From contig JBHLJY010000006.1 in the NCBI GenBank assembly GCA_048887225.1, forward strand, positions 64,001-128,000: a stretch of 64,000 bases of DNA, read 5' to 3'. A model generated the notes under the pieces. That model did no database searches and was not told the DNA's origin. It saw nothing but the letters and a program-made list of their open reading frames with translations. This stretch comes from Candidatus Hodarchaeota archaeon. Its GTDB lineage: Archaea > Asgardarchaeota > Lokiarchaeia > Sigyniarchaeales > SOKP01. The translations under genes were made by a program, and so were the position numbers. Of the stretch, positions 48,137 through 58,820 are shown one piece after another; positions within the stretch are counted from its first letter, which is position 1; each line of letters starts with the position of its first letter.

Positions 48137-49846
48137 ATGTCAAAATATAGTGAAAGATTTTGGAAAAAGAATTGGGATCCTGGTTTAGAAGATCTAGATC
48201 CAAGTTTGTGGGAAACATCTTATCCTGATGCGGTTAGAAGTACCTTCAAAGATTTTCCAGAAAAAGTTGCGTTGACATTTCAAGGGTTAGAAATTCCTTT
48301 TAAGGATGTCGACAAATATTCTAATCAGTTTGCTAATATGTTAATTGAAAATGGATTTGAGAAGGGTGATATTGTAGGAATTAATTTACCAAATATTCCT
48401 GAATACGTTTACTCTTTTCTCGGTACGCTTAAGGCAGGGTGTGTCGTTTCAGGAGTAAGTCCACTTATGTCAGATGTTCAAATGCACTATCAAATAAATG
48501 ACTTAGGAAGTAGCGGGAATAATGTAGCATTAGTTACGTTAGACGCCATTTTTCAGCATAGATTGAAAAATATTGAATCAAAATTACCACAGCTTAAACT
48601 TGTAATAACCACAAGCGTCATTGGATCTTTTCCAAAGGAACAACAAGAAAAAATCAAAGCGGTGAGAGATATTCCTTCTGGAGAAGTTACTCCATTAGAA
48701 GGAAAAACAGTTCTTGACTTTTGGGATGATGTTTTAGCGAAATATTCAACAGAAGAGCCAGGTGTTAAAGTATCTCCTGACGATTTGGGATTTATCCAAT
48801 ACACTGGAGGAACTACAGGACCCCCAAAAGGAGCAATGTTAACGCATAGAAATATCGTGTCAGACCTTTTAATTATTCAAACATGGCTTGGGTGGGAACG
48901 AGGAGCAGGAGTTGCTTTGTCTGGATTCCCTTTCTTCCACATTGCTGGATTATACTTCTGCGAGAATTGTATTTATTTAGGCTGGACACAATGTTTAATT
49001 GCTGACCCCAGGGATGCGTTGTACATATGTAATCAAATAAAACAATATAAACCAACTGCCCTTGTGAACGTACCCTCACTTTTTCAGATTTTAATAAATT
49101 TCCGAAAATTTAAGAGGTTAGATCATTCAAATTTAGATGTTTGCATTTCTGCCGCTTCTCCCTTTCCGAAAGAATCTCAAAAATTATTAGAAAGCATAGT
49201 TGGTGAGGGAAAATTATGTGAAATGTACGGAATGACGGAAACCTCACCACTAACAGCTTCAAATCCTTATAAAGGAGAACGGAAATTAGGATCCATTGGA
49301 ATGCCACTTTTAAACACAGAACTAAAACTAGTAGACCCAGATACAGGAGAAGAGGTCCCACTAGGTGAAGCTGGAGAAATATGTGTACGAGGGCCCATGG
49401 TTATGAAAGGTTATTTAAATAAACCAGAAGAGACTAAAAAAGCAATTGATGCTGATGGATATATGCATACTGGAGATGTGGCAATGATGGGCGAGGATGG
49501 TTATCTAAGAATTGTCGATCGTACTAAAGACATGATAATTGTAGGTGGTTTTAAGGTATTTTCTTCGAAAGTAGAAGAAGTATTAACTAAGCATCCAGCG
49601 GTTGGAATGCTTGCCCTAATTGGACTGGCTAATCCTGATCGCCCTGGTTCTGAAATTGTCAAGGCTTTTATTCAAATAGACCCAGATTATGAATTTGATG
49701 GAAACAAGGAAGCGTTAAAAGAAGATATTATTAAGTTTGCTAAAGAGAATTGTGCACCATATGAGGTTCCTAAAATAATTGAATTCAAAGACGAATTACC
49801 TCTAACTGTTGTGGGTAAAATCGATAAAAAGCTTTTGAGAGAGTAG
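48137..49846 (+). CDS. Long-chain acyl-CoA synthetase
   Basis: YTGGTTGPPKG, YGMTE, TGD, GKIDK. Confidence 0.93.
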   Translation: MSKYSERFWKKNWDPGLEDLDPSLWETSYPDAVRSTFKDFPEKVALTFQGLEIPFKDVDKYSNQFANMLIENGFEKGDIVGINLPNIPEYVYSFLGTLKAGCVVSGVSPLMSDVQMHYQINDLGSSGNNVALVTLDAIFQHRLKNIESKLPQLKLVITTSVIGSFPKEQQEKIKAVRDIPSGEVTPLEGKTVLDFWDDVLAKYSTEEPGVKVSPDDLGFIQYTGGTTGPPKGAMLTHRNIVSDLLIIQTWLGWERGAGVALSGFPFFHIAGLYFCENCIYLGWTQCLIADPRDALYICNQIKQYKPTALVNVPSLFQILINFRKFKRLDHSNLDVCISAASPFPKESQKLLESIVGEGKLCEMYGMTETSPLTASNPYKGERKLGSIGMPLLNTELKLVDPDTGEEVPLGEAGEICVRGPMVMKGYLNKPEETKKAIDADGYMHTGDVAMMGEDGYLRIVDRTKDMIIVGGFKVFSSKVEEVLTKHPAVGMLALIGLANPDRPGSEIVKAFIQIDPDYEFDGNKEALKEDIIKFAKENCAPYEVPKIIEFKDELPLTVVGKIDKKLLRE

Positions 49847-49922
49847 AATAAAAAAAATAAAATAATTTTGTTTTTTTCTTCTTAATTAAATTAAATCCTA
49901 AAATCAAATAAATAATATTTTT

Positions 49923-51716
49923 TTATTTTCCATGTTTTACTTTGTATAATGGATCTGCTTCTTGTAATGCTCTTCTCTGAACTTTTCCGATTAAATTTTT
50001 AGGAATATCTTCGATGAATTCAAATATAGCGGGGACTTTCCAATATGCCATATTTTCTTTAGCCCATGCTTTTAAATCATCTTCCGTAATTTTGCCAACA
50101 AATTCTGGCTTTAGCAATATCCATGCCTTTGCTATTTCTCCAACTTCACCTTCAGGATCGGGTAATCCTGCAACAGCAGCTTCAGAAACAGCATCATGTT
50201 TCATGAGCAATGTTTCAACTTCAGTGGGAAAAACCGAACGACCAGCCATTTTGATCAATTGCTTTTTTCGGTCCCGTATTTTCACGCAACCATCATCTCT
50301 CATGAACCCAATATCACCTGTAAGAAGCCATGTACGTCCATCCCAAGTTTTTAATGTATCAGCAGTTGCTTCTGGCCTATTCAAATACTCTTTCATTACT
50401 TGAGGGCCACATACACAGATTTCTCCAACGTGTTCCTCTCCATATTTCGAACCAGGCAACCCATCAGCAATAGGACCCTTCTCAAAATCATCAGGATCAA
50501 AAATCCCCCAGTCTGTACCTGGTATAGGCATTCCAACTGTACCAATTGGACTTTCACCAAATAAATTTCCTGCACTAGAAACACAAGTGGATTCTGTTAA
50601 GCCATAACCCTCCACTACTCTACCCCCTGTTCTTTCTTGAAATTTCTTTTGAACCGGTAAGTGTAATGGACCTGCTCCTGAAACACACAATTTCAGTTTT
50701 CCCGTTAGATTTGGGAATTGACTAAGATCTGGAAAATCAGCGATTCTTTTAAAAAGAATTTCAGCTCCAGGATAAGCAAAACCTTGTGGTGAGGGCATAT
50801 CATTAATAGTTTTAAGTAATTCTTCTGTAGGTGGTGGTCTTGTAAATAATAGCATCCATCCTCCTGCAGTGATAGCAGCATTCAATACAGCTGTTATTGC
50901 AAATGCATGAAACATAGGCAAGACACCGATAACTCCCATACCAGGTTGTTCTCCTCCTAATACTAATCTAACTTGCACTGCATTACATATTATATTAAAA
51001 TGAGTTAACACTGTTGCCTTAGGAATCCCGGTTGTGCCTCCTGTCATTATATATGTTCCAGTATGTGTGGTAGGATCAATTTCCACATCAGGAACGCTTG
51101 GCTCAGTCGTGAAAAGCTCATAAAAATTATAAGATGGATCAAAATCAATTTTGCCCTTCCGTATTTTACGAGTCTTCCTAGCTATAAATTCCTTAAAACT
51201 TTTTGGTCCAGAAACTAAGTCAGCTACATTTGTATAAATTATCAATTCAATGGTGGTTTTATCTATAATTTGTTTAACTAATAGATTATACATGGCCTCT
51301 AAAGTAATCATAGCTTTAGCTCCTGTAATTTCTAAATGATGTAAAACTTCAATAGGTTTATAAGTAACATTTATACCAGTTGGAATTAGGCCAATTTTAA
51401 CACATGCATAAAAACATATGGGATACTGAAAGCAATTAGGCATAAGGAGTGCTACAACATCTCCTTTTCTTAATCCTAAATTATGGAGGCTTGTTGCAAC
51501 TATATCTATCGCTTCACCGGTCTCTTCGTATGTCATCCAAGAGCCTAAATAATGAATTAAATTAGAATTCGAGTATTTTTTGCGTTGCCGATCAAAGAAT
51601 TCTCCTAATGTAATTTTTTCGAAATCGTAGTTTTTAGGGACATTCTCTGGCCACCATTTTTTAAACCAAGCTTTATCTTCATTAACTTGCCATTCTTTAG
51701 CCATATTCATAACCAT
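49923..51716 (-). CDS. Long-chain acyl-CoA synthetase
   Basis: MTGGTTGIPK, YGLTE, TGD, GKVQR. Confidence 0.93.
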   Translation of the reverse strand: MVMNMAKEWQVNEDKAWFKKWWPENVPKNYDFEKITLGEFFDRQRKKYSNSNLIHYLGSWMTYEETGEAIDIVATSLHNLGLRKGDVVALLMPNCFQYPICFYACVKIGLIPTGINVTYKPIEVLHHLEITGAKAMITLEAMYNLLVKQIIDKTTIELIIYTNVADLVSGPKSFKEFIARKTRKIRKGKIDFDPSYNFYELFTTEPSVPDVEIDPTTHTGTYIMTGGTTGIPKATVLTHFNIICNAVQVRLVLGGEQPGMGVIGVLPMFHAFAITAVLNAAITAGGWMLLFTRPPPTEELLKTINDMPSPQGFAYPGAEILFKRIADFPDLSQFPNLTGKLKLCVSGAGPLHLPVQKKFQERTGGRVVEGYGLTESTCVSSAGNLFGESPIGTVGMPIPGTDWGIFDPDDFEKGPIADGLPGSKYGEEHVGEICVCGPQVMKEYLNRPEATADTLKTWDGRTWLLTGDIGFMRDDGCVKIRDRKKQLIKMAGRSVFPTEVETLLMKHDAVSEAAVAGLPDPEGEVGEIAKAWILLKPEFVGKITEDDLKAWAKENMAYWKVPAIFEFIEDIPKNLIGKVQRRALQEADPLYKVKHGK

Positions 51717-51841
51717 TTTAATTCACCTTATAGAATTTTTTAATATGTAAATAACTTTTAACTTTTGGATAAAATGTTCAAATAATAATATTGCTAGTAT
51801 TCTATTTAAGATTTTAATATATATTAGGTACAAATTTCCAT

Positions 51842-53887
51842 TCAATTAAAGAAAGAGTTTAAAGATAAACCTCTAATTTTTTTTTTAATTTCAGTTTTAT
51901 CATCAATAATTTTTTTAATATATTTTGAAATCTCTTTACGTTGTTCAATGCTAGCAGGAATAGGCAAAAAAATTTCCATTATCCTATCACCTATCGTTGC
52001 GATTGTCCCTTGAATAAATGTGATAGCTTGAATTTGTTTTTGGACAATATCTAAATTTAAAAGGTATAATAAAAGGTAAGAGTCAATAGTTTCTTTGTTT
52101 TTTAATATTTTTAATTGAAAAATATGGCTCTGGATTATTATTTTTGTATCCAATTTTGAAACATAAGCCGTCTTTCCAATTAAGTTTGGACCACCATCTT
52201 TAACTAAAAGAATATCTCCCTCTTCGATGTTTTGCTTATCTTTATATTGCTTATATACTTCTTCCGATGTTTTCTTGTGAGAATCTAAGTTAATTTCCCA
52301 ATTATTTATTTCGCTTGTGCGAATAAAAGGTATATCTCCTAATCCATATACGTGAGATCCTATCTCATTTCCTCTTGGAAAATATCCCCCCTTATTGGTG
52401 TGAATGATTTTTTTTTTGATTAGATCTTTTATAGATAATAATGTAAATTCATTATTATCCGCAAGCTTTTTAAGAGTTTTTTCAACTCCAGTATAATAAT
52501 TTGGGATAAATATATTATTTTTAATTTGACTAAAATTTATCTTAAACGTTTTTTGTTCTTTTAAATAGTTAAAATCTTCATTTTCTTTAAGTTGTATGTG
52601 GAGATCGATTAAATCGTCGTTAATTAAAGGATTTCCTGCCTCATCTAATTTTTTACTTCCATCTTTATTCAATTGATAAAGGACTTTTCCATCTTTATTG
52701 TGTCCTACATTATCCACAATAGCAAAATCTATTTTATAGTTTTTTGGAATTTTGGTTAATTTCTGAAAAAATAAAATACTTGATTTATTACATGTGTAAG
52801 GTTGAAAAGTATTTTGATCAAGACTAACAACTCCTAATATTTTTCCTTTTGATTCCAAATATTCCCATATATATCTATCGGATGGATTTCCAAAAATTCC
52901 TTCAGGTAAAACAATGCCTAATTTGCCACCCTCCTTAAGTAATTGAACACACCTTTCAATAAATAACACTTGAGGAGGTTGTTGTTTTATTAATCTATTT
53001 TGCATTTTCCATTTATTATTATAAACATCTTTCCAAACATGGCCTAAATCGTACTCTTTCAGAATTCTTTTTTCATTTATAGGTATCTTAGCTCCGAATG
53101 GTGGATTCGTTAATACATAATCAAAACTATCATTCTTTATTTTTTGTTTTGCTTGAGCTCTATAATTTTTATTATCCAACGAATCTTCGCAATAAATATT
53201 TGATTTTCCGCCGCTTAAAATATCTAAATACAAATTACAGATTTTTGCTAAAAATAGATCTCTATCTATACCATAAAAATTGGAGATAATTTCAGCTCTT
53301 CTCTTATCTGAATCAATTTTTGCCCACATTAAATCCTTCGCTTCAAGCAAGAATCCCCCATGTCCGCAGGCGGGATCAAGTATTTTTGAATCAATTTCAG
53401 GATCGAGATAATTTACCATAAATTTTGCGACGTTTGGAGGAGTGAAAAATTGTCCTCCTTCGTCTTTTAAAATTTTACTAACAAAAATTTCGAAAGCATC
53501 GCTTAAAATATCTTTGGACGATTCGAGTAGTGAAATGTTTTGTAATTCTTTTACAATTAAATGAATAAGTTCTTTATTTAAGCTGATATTTTCATTATCT
53601 CCAATTATATCAGGATATTTATCTTTAACTTTTTTTTTAAAAAACGCCTGAATTCTTTCTAGTAATTCTTGATCTGTCTCATTATCCTTGATGCAAAATT
53701 CCAAAATATCTTCAGGCGATTTACTAATCTCATCAACTAATTTGCATAATAATAGATTTATAATTTCTTTTGAGCGCGCCCTCGTATCTGTATCTGTGTA
53801 TTTTAATTTGCCATATAAGTGTTGATTAATTGAAATAAATGTTTTCTTTAAATTCGGGGATTTTATTAAATTCTTTTTATACAACAT
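51842..53887 (-). CDS. N-6 adenine DNA methyltransferase fused to a C-terminal HsdS-like target recognition domain
   Basis: GQFFTP, DPACGHGGFL, TNPPF, VLPEG; C-terminal IPFIR..EGDILL..IPIP. Confidence 0.88.
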   Translation of the reverse strand: MLYKKNLIKSPNLKKTFISINQHLYGKLKYTDTDTRARSKEIINLLLCKLVDEISKSPEDILEFCIKDNETDQELLERIQAFFKKKVKDKYPDIIGDNENISLNKELIHLIVKELQNISLLESSKDILSDAFEIFVSKILKDEGGQFFTPPNVAKFMVNYLDPEIDSKILDPACGHGGFLLEAKDLMWAKIDSDKRRAEIISNFYGIDRDLFLAKICNLYLDILSGGKSNIYCEDSLDNKNYRAQAKQKIKNDSFDYVLTNPPFGAKIPINEKRILKEYDLGHVWKDVYNNKWKMQNRLIKQQPPQVLFIERCVQLLKEGGKLGIVLPEGIFGNPSDRYIWEYLESKGKILGVVSLDQNTFQPYTCNKSSILFFQKLTKIPKNYKIDFAIVDNVGHNKDGKVLYQLNKDGSKKLDEAGNPLINDDLIDLHIQLKENEDFNYLKEQKTFKINFSQIKNNIFIPNYYTGVEKTLKKLADNNEFTLLSIKDLIKKKIIHTNKGGYFPRGNEIGSHVYGLGDIPFIRTSEINNWEINLDSHKKTSEEVYKQYKDKQNIEEGDILLVKDGGPNLIGKTAYVSKLDTKIIIQSHIFQLKILKNKETIDSYLLLYLLNLDIVQKQIQAITFIQGTIATIGDRIMEIFLPIPASIEQRKEISKYIKKIIDDKTEIKKKIRGLSLNSFFN

Positions 53888-53972
53888 TATTTCATTTTAT
53901 TTGTTTTCTCAATAATGACATTAATTAATCAAATTATTATTCTTTTTTATTAAAAGAAAATTAATTTAAATT

Positions 53973-54758
53973 GTGCCTTCAAATAATTTAGATTTTGGAC
54001 AATATATTGAATTTTCAGTAAAAAAGCGTTTTGGAATTATTACGCTTAATAGGGTTCACAGATCAAATGCTTTTACAATTGACCAGTTAAAAAACCTGAA
54101 AAAAGCCATAGAATACTGTCAAAAAAGTGAAAAAATAAGAGGTATAATTTTAACGCATAATGGGACCTCATTTAGCACGGGAATGGACTTAGGAGCTATA
54201 AACGGAAGCGCCCACGCGGCAGTAAAAGAACTTGAGGGAACGGCAGCTGATATATGCAAATTACTGTATAATGGAAAGCCAGTTATTTGTGCTGTAAACG
54301 GACGTACGATGGGGGAGGGTGTAGTATTTTTGATATGCTGTGATTACCGAATTGCGACAAAAGAAAGTTTCTTTCAATATCCAGAAATAAATTCAGGAAT
54401 CTTTCCTGGGACAGGCTGTATTGTTTTAATGACTAAAATAATAGGGATTCCTTGGACAAAAAAGATGTTAATGCTTGCCGAAAAAGTAGATTCAGAAAAA
54501 GCGTTAGATATTGGATTAATTGATCAAATTGTAGATTCGAAAGAAGAACTTATGCAAGAAATGATGAAAAAAGCGAAATTTTTATTTACGAAAAATCAAA
54601 CTGTTTTAAACGCGATTAAACTATGCTCCAATCATTTTCTTAATAAATCTTATAATACAGCTTATCAAATAGAAAAAGAAGCTTCAGCATGGTATGAGCA
54701 CACTGATAAAGATCAATTTATAATAAATTTTAGAAAAAAATTCGATATTTTGGATTAA
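53973..54758 (+). CDS. Enoyl-CoA hydratase/isomerase family protein
   Basis: NRVHRSNA, FSTGMD, KPVICAVNG, YPE. Confidence 0.88.
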   Translation: MPSNNLDFGQYIEFSVKKRFGIITLNRVHRSNAFTIDQLKNLKKAIEYCQKSEKIRGIILTHNGTSFSTGMDLGAINGSAHAAVKELEGTAADICKLLYNGKPVICAVNGRTMGEGVVFLICCDYRIATKESFFQYPEINSGIFPGTGCIVLMTKIIGIPWTKKMLMLAEKVDSEKALDIGLIDQIVDSKEELMQEMMKKAKFLFTKNQTVLNAIKLCSNHFLNKSYNTAYQIEKEASAWYEHTDKDQFIINFRKKFDILD

Positions 54759-54832
54759 TAAAAAAATACTTAAATACTTCTAAAAAGTAAATTATAATTA
54801 ATTTTATTTTCAAAAAATTTTAGGTTAAAAAA

Positions 54833-56230
54833 ATGTCAAATAAAAAAATTTTACATAGCAAAAAAAACATGGCTTCATACGGTTTCGGCAGCATGAGTAG
54901 GGAATTCGTTCAGATGGCTTTTAATGTATTAGTATTCTTTTATTATGAAGTAGAAATCGGCCTGAACGTGTGGCTTATTGGTCTAGCATTAATTATATTT
55001 GCGGTATATAATGCCATTAACGATCCACTCATAGGTTATTTAACAAATAGACCATTTAAGTTCACTAAAAAATGGGGTAGAAGATTTCCATGGCTTCTTT
55101 TAGGTGGAATTCCTCTTGGATTTTGTTATTTTCTCATATTTACTCCACCTAGTATCGATCCAATAGGGGGTGCATGGATTATTTTTGCTTGGCTTTTGTT
55201 TACTACGTGTTTATTCGATACCTTTCATTCTCTTTTTTTTGTAAATTTTCAATCTCTCTTCCCCGATAAATTTAGTTCAATAAAGGAACGAAGAACTGCT
55301 TCAGGAATTTTTATTTCTCTAGGTATAATAGGGGTTACTTTGGGAGCGATACTACCTCCATTATTCTATGATTTTAAAGATTTACAGTCATATATGTTTC
55401 AAGGGTTAATAGTAATGGCGATTGCTATCCTTATGATGTTACTCGCAATACCAGGTTTTCGTGAAGATAGAGAGATGATTGACCTTTACCTCACTTCCTA
55501 TGAAAAACAAGCTAAAAGAGAATCCTTCCTTAAATCAACGAAACTAGGTTTTAAACAAAAATCATTCGTAGCTTATATGATATTATACACCTTGTATTGG
55601 GTTATAATAAATTCTTTACAAGCATCTCTACCTTATGTTGTTCGATTCGCTGTAGAACCACAATACCAAGAAGCTAGATTTACTACATTTATTATGGCTG
55701 GATTGCTAATAGGAACAATAATTTCACTTCCTATATGGGTTAAGATAGCACAGAAAACAAACGATAATGGTAAAGTTATGTTAATTTCAGCGACATTATT
55801 GGGTGTTTTTGTATTCCCATTAATATTTATTAATTCATATTGGTTTCTAGTTATCGCTATTCTTGTGTGGGGTATAGCTCTTGGAGGATTTTGGGCTATG
55901 ATATTTCCTGTGTTTTCGGATGTAATCGATGAATCTATTGTAAAATACAAGAAGCGCGAAGAGGGTACATATATAGGAATTCAGCAATTTTTTGGACGTC
56001 TTGGGCTCATCATCCAAGTTTTAAGTTTTGCCATAGTTCATGAACTTACTGGATTTGTGGAAGGAGCAGATAAACAAACCCCTCTAGCAATATGGGGAAT
56101 TCATCTACACGCAGCATTAATACCTATGATTTGTATTTTCATTGGGGCTTTAATTTTTTGGATGTTGTATGATCTAAATCCTAAGAAAGTCAGTGAGAAT
56201 AGACACAAAATAAAAGAAATGGGTCTTTAA
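54833..56230 (+). CDS. MFS transporter, GPH (glycoside-pentoside-hexuronide) family
   Basis: NAINDPLIG, WGRRFPW, DVIDE..REEG.Y; 12 TM. Confidence 0.88.
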   Translation: MSNKKILHSKKNMASYGFGSMSREFVQMAFNVLVFFYYEVEIGLNVWLIGLALIIFAVYNAINDPLIGYLTNRPFKFTKKWGRRFPWLLLGGIPLGFCYFLIFTPPSIDPIGGAWIIFAWLLFTTCLFDTFHSLFFVNFQSLFPDKFSSIKERRTASGIFISLGIIGVTLGAILPPLFYDFKDLQSYMFQGLIVMAIAILMMLLAIPGFREDREMIDLYLTSYEKQAKRESFLKSTKLGFKQKSFVAYMILYTLYWVIINSLQASLPYVVRFAVEPQYQEARFTTFIMAGLLIGTIISLPIWVKIAQKTNDNGKVMLISATLLGVFVFPLIFINSYWFLVIAILVWGIALGGFWAMIFPVFSDVIDESIVKYKKREEGTYIGIQQFFGRLGLIIQVLSFAIVHELTGFVEGADKQTPLAIWGIHLHAALIPMICIFIGALIFWMLYDLNPKKVSENRHKIKEMGL

Positions 56231-56309
56231 ATAGCGTTTCTAAGGCTTTATTCACTTTTTTTTTACAATCAATCGTAAATATTATTTTAGAATACTCTAA
56301 AAATTTCTT

Positions 56310-56365
56310 AAAATTAATATAAATTATGACTTCGAATAATTTAGATTTTGGAGAATTTATTGAAT
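56310..56365 (+). repeat. Relic duplicate of the 5' end of the 53973 gene
   Basis: 50/56 identical to 53957-54012. Confidence 0.75.
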
Positions 56366-56421
56366 ATTTTTTTTATAATTTTTAAGAAAAAATTCAAAAT
56401 CTATATTAAATTCTTAAGTTC

Positions 56422-57246
56422 ATGCTAAGTGAAGATTTTAAAGATATATTGTTTGAAAAAGAAGATAATGGAATTGTTACTGTTACTTTAAATAAACCCG
56501 AACGAAAAAATGCATTATCACCTTTAACTTTACTTGAATTATGGTATGCTGTTGACATTGCTGAAAAAGATAAAGATATTAGAGTCATGATCTTAACTGG
56601 ATCTGAAGAAGCAAACGCGTTTTGTTCGGGAGGATACTTCAGTACAAAAGATCTGAGGAGAGAAATTCCACCAGAGCATCTTAATGAAGTTGATTTGAGA
56701 GATATGGCATCAAAGAAACTCTGTCTAAAATTTTGGGATTTTTCGAAACCAGTTATAGCTGCAATGAATGGGTTAGCAGTAGGAGGAGGTTTTACTCTAC
56801 CAGTTGTTTGTGCAGATCTGGTTTATGCTTCTGAAGATGCATGGTTTGGGCTTTATTTCATTAAAAGAGCAGTATTACCTGATTTTGCCACAAGTTTCTT
56901 GCTTCCGTTTATGGTAGGGGTTCAGAAGGCTAAAGAACTTTTTTATTTTGGGGATAAAATAACAGCATACGATGCAGAAAAACTCGGATTTGTCAATAAA
57001 GTACTACCTCGAGATGAATTAATGCCTTACGCTAGAGAACAAGCTTTTAGATTAATTCCTCCTAAAGGTCCTAGTAAATCTATAATATTAATGAAAAAAA
57101 CAATGCACACCTATTTTAAAGATATAATAGAAAAACAATTAGATTTAGAAAATAAAGGATGGATTAAAACGCTCATTAGCAAGGATTTTAGCGAATCTTT
57201 AAAAGCTTTACAAGAAAAACGGGATTCTGTGTTTATAGGAAAATAA
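56422..57246 (+). CDS. Enoyl-CoA hydratase/isomerase, close paralog of 23922..24743
   Basis: EDFKDILFEKEDNGI, KPVIAAMNGLAVGGG, LIPPKGPS shared with the paralog. Confidence 0.9.
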   Translation: MLSEDFKDILFEKEDNGIVTVTLNKPERKNALSPLTLLELWYAVDIAEKDKDIRVMILTGSEEANAFCSGGYFSTKDLRREIPPEHLNEVDLRDMASKKLCLKFWDFSKPVIAAMNGLAVGGGFTLPVVCADLVYASEDAWFGLYFIKRAVLPDFATSFLLPFMVGVQKAKELFYFGDKITAYDAEKLGFVNKVLPRDELMPYAREQAFRLIPPKGPSKSIILMKKTMHTYFKDIIEKQLDLENKGWIKTLISKDFSESLKALQEKRDSVFIGK

Positions 57247-57428
57247 TAATAAGTCTAAAAATTTTTTGAGTAATTTGTTTTTTATCGGATTTCTTCAATA
57301 AAAAATTTAAATACAAAATGTTTAAATCAAAATTAAAGTTAACTTATTTAATTATCTTAAGATAATTGAAAAAAGAGAAAAGAATAAAAGAACTCAAAGA
57401 AGAATAATTTTAAACCTTATACGGGAAA

Positions 57429-57728
57429 ATGGTGATTGTTTTGGCTAAAAAGGTTCAAGACGATTCAAAAGTGTTTATAGGCAGAAAAAAAAGTATGAAT
57501 TATGTGCTCGCTGTAATGGTAGTTCTCAACGAAAATAAACCAGTCCGTCTTTTAGCACGAGGGAGATCGATTTCTAAGGCTGTAGATGTTGCTGAAATTG
57601 TTAAAAACAATTTTTCACAAGGAGCCACATATGGTGAGGTTTTAATTGATACAGAAGAAATTACAAACAAAGATGGCACGAAGAGTAATGTAAGCTCATT
57701 GGAAATTGAAATTCTGCCACCAAAATAG
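57429..57728 (+). CDS. albA: Alba DNA/RNA-binding protein
   Basis: VFIGRKKSMNYVLA, ARGRSISKAVDVAE, VSSLEI. Confidence 0.93.
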   Translation: MVIVLAKKVQDDSKVFIGRKKSMNYVLAVMVVLNENKPVRLLARGRSISKAVDVAEIVKNNFSQGATYGEVLIDTEEITNKDGTKSNVSSLEIEILPPK

Positions 57729-57794
57729 AAGTAAAAGCTCTGGAGAATATTAGGAGATTTTCTCGCTTCTTTTTTTTTTAATTTTATATTTATT

Positions 57795-58094
57795 TTACAA
57801 GGAAGTCTTTAAATCGTTAAGTTTTATTTGCAAATTCTCAATATCCGATTTAATAATTGTATTATCATTTATTTTATTAATAACTTTTAAAAAATCCTTA
57901 ATCAACGGATGTTCTATAACGATTGTAGTTTGATTTAACGTGTTAACGTCTAAAATTAGAGCAGAATCTAACTTCTCACCAGTACCAAGAATATCTTTTA
58001 ATATTAGTTCTTGTTTGTCTGTGTAATTCAATATTGTAATGTCCTCCCCTATTTGAGAGCCATCGTTTTTCTTTATTATTTTAAATTCGCACAT
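57795..58094 (-). CDS. CooT-family nickel-binding protein
   Basis: MCE start, LKDILG, adjacent to cdh genes. Confidence 0.65.
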   Translation of the reverse strand: MCEFKIIKKNDGSQIGEDITILNYTDKQELILKDILGTGEKLDSALILDVNTLNQTTIVIEHPLIKDFLKVINKINDNTIIKSDIENLQIKLNDLKTSL

Positions 58095-58240
58095 ATCAAG
58101 TTTTACACTTATTTCTTAAATAATATACTTTACTATATGCTTAAATCTAATAAAAAGAATATTTTTAATTTATATTTAATAAACTAAAATATAACTATTA
58201 TTTTAAACAAAACTGAAATATCAAGAGAATTGATGAAAAT

Positions 58241-58771
58241 ATGGCAAGACCATACCAGAAAGCTAATATACCTGGACCCGAGATGGGAACCTCAGTTTCT
58301 GACCCAAAAGTTATGGCAAATCTTCTAAAAAGTCCTAAGAAAAAAGTAATCATCATAGGTTCAGAATCATTAAGATGGGAACTCGACGGGAAAAAGGTTG
58401 CTGATTATTTTATCGAGATTGCGAAGAAGCTGGACTGTCATGTGATAGCAACAGGTCATATATATAAATATTTAAAGGATAAAATTGATTCTGGCAAATT
58501 ATGGGAAATGTCTCTCATAAACATTACAGGACGGCTTGTTGACATCAACTGGAAAGGCTTAGATGGAGAGGGACAATATGAGATGGCAATATTTGGAGGT
58601 CATCTAGTATATTACGTATCTCAGACACTGAGCCGAATTAAGAACTTTTCAAATTGGGTAAGAACTATAGAACTCGATAAATACGCTCATCCAAATGCAC
58701 GCTTTAGCTTGCCAAATATCAGGGACGAAGAATGGAAAGAATTTTTAGAAAAGGTTATTGAGAATTTATAA
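58241..58771 (+). CDS. cdhB: Acetyl-CoA decarbonylase/synthase epsilon subunit
   Basis: PYQKANIPGP, WKGLDGEGQYE, YYVSQTLS, HPNARFS. Confidence 0.88.
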   Translation: MARPYQKANIPGPEMGTSVSDPKVMANLLKSPKKKVIIIGSESLRWELDGKKVADYFIEIAKKLDCHVIATGHIYKYLKDKIDSGKLWEMSLINITGRLVDINWKGLDGEGQYEMAIFGGHLVYYVSQTLSRIKNFSNWVRTIELDKYAHPNARFSLPNIRDEEWKEFLEKVIENL

Positions 58772-58820
58772 AATGATTGAAATAATAGAAAAAAAATAAT
58801 TTAATGAGGAGATTTATGAA

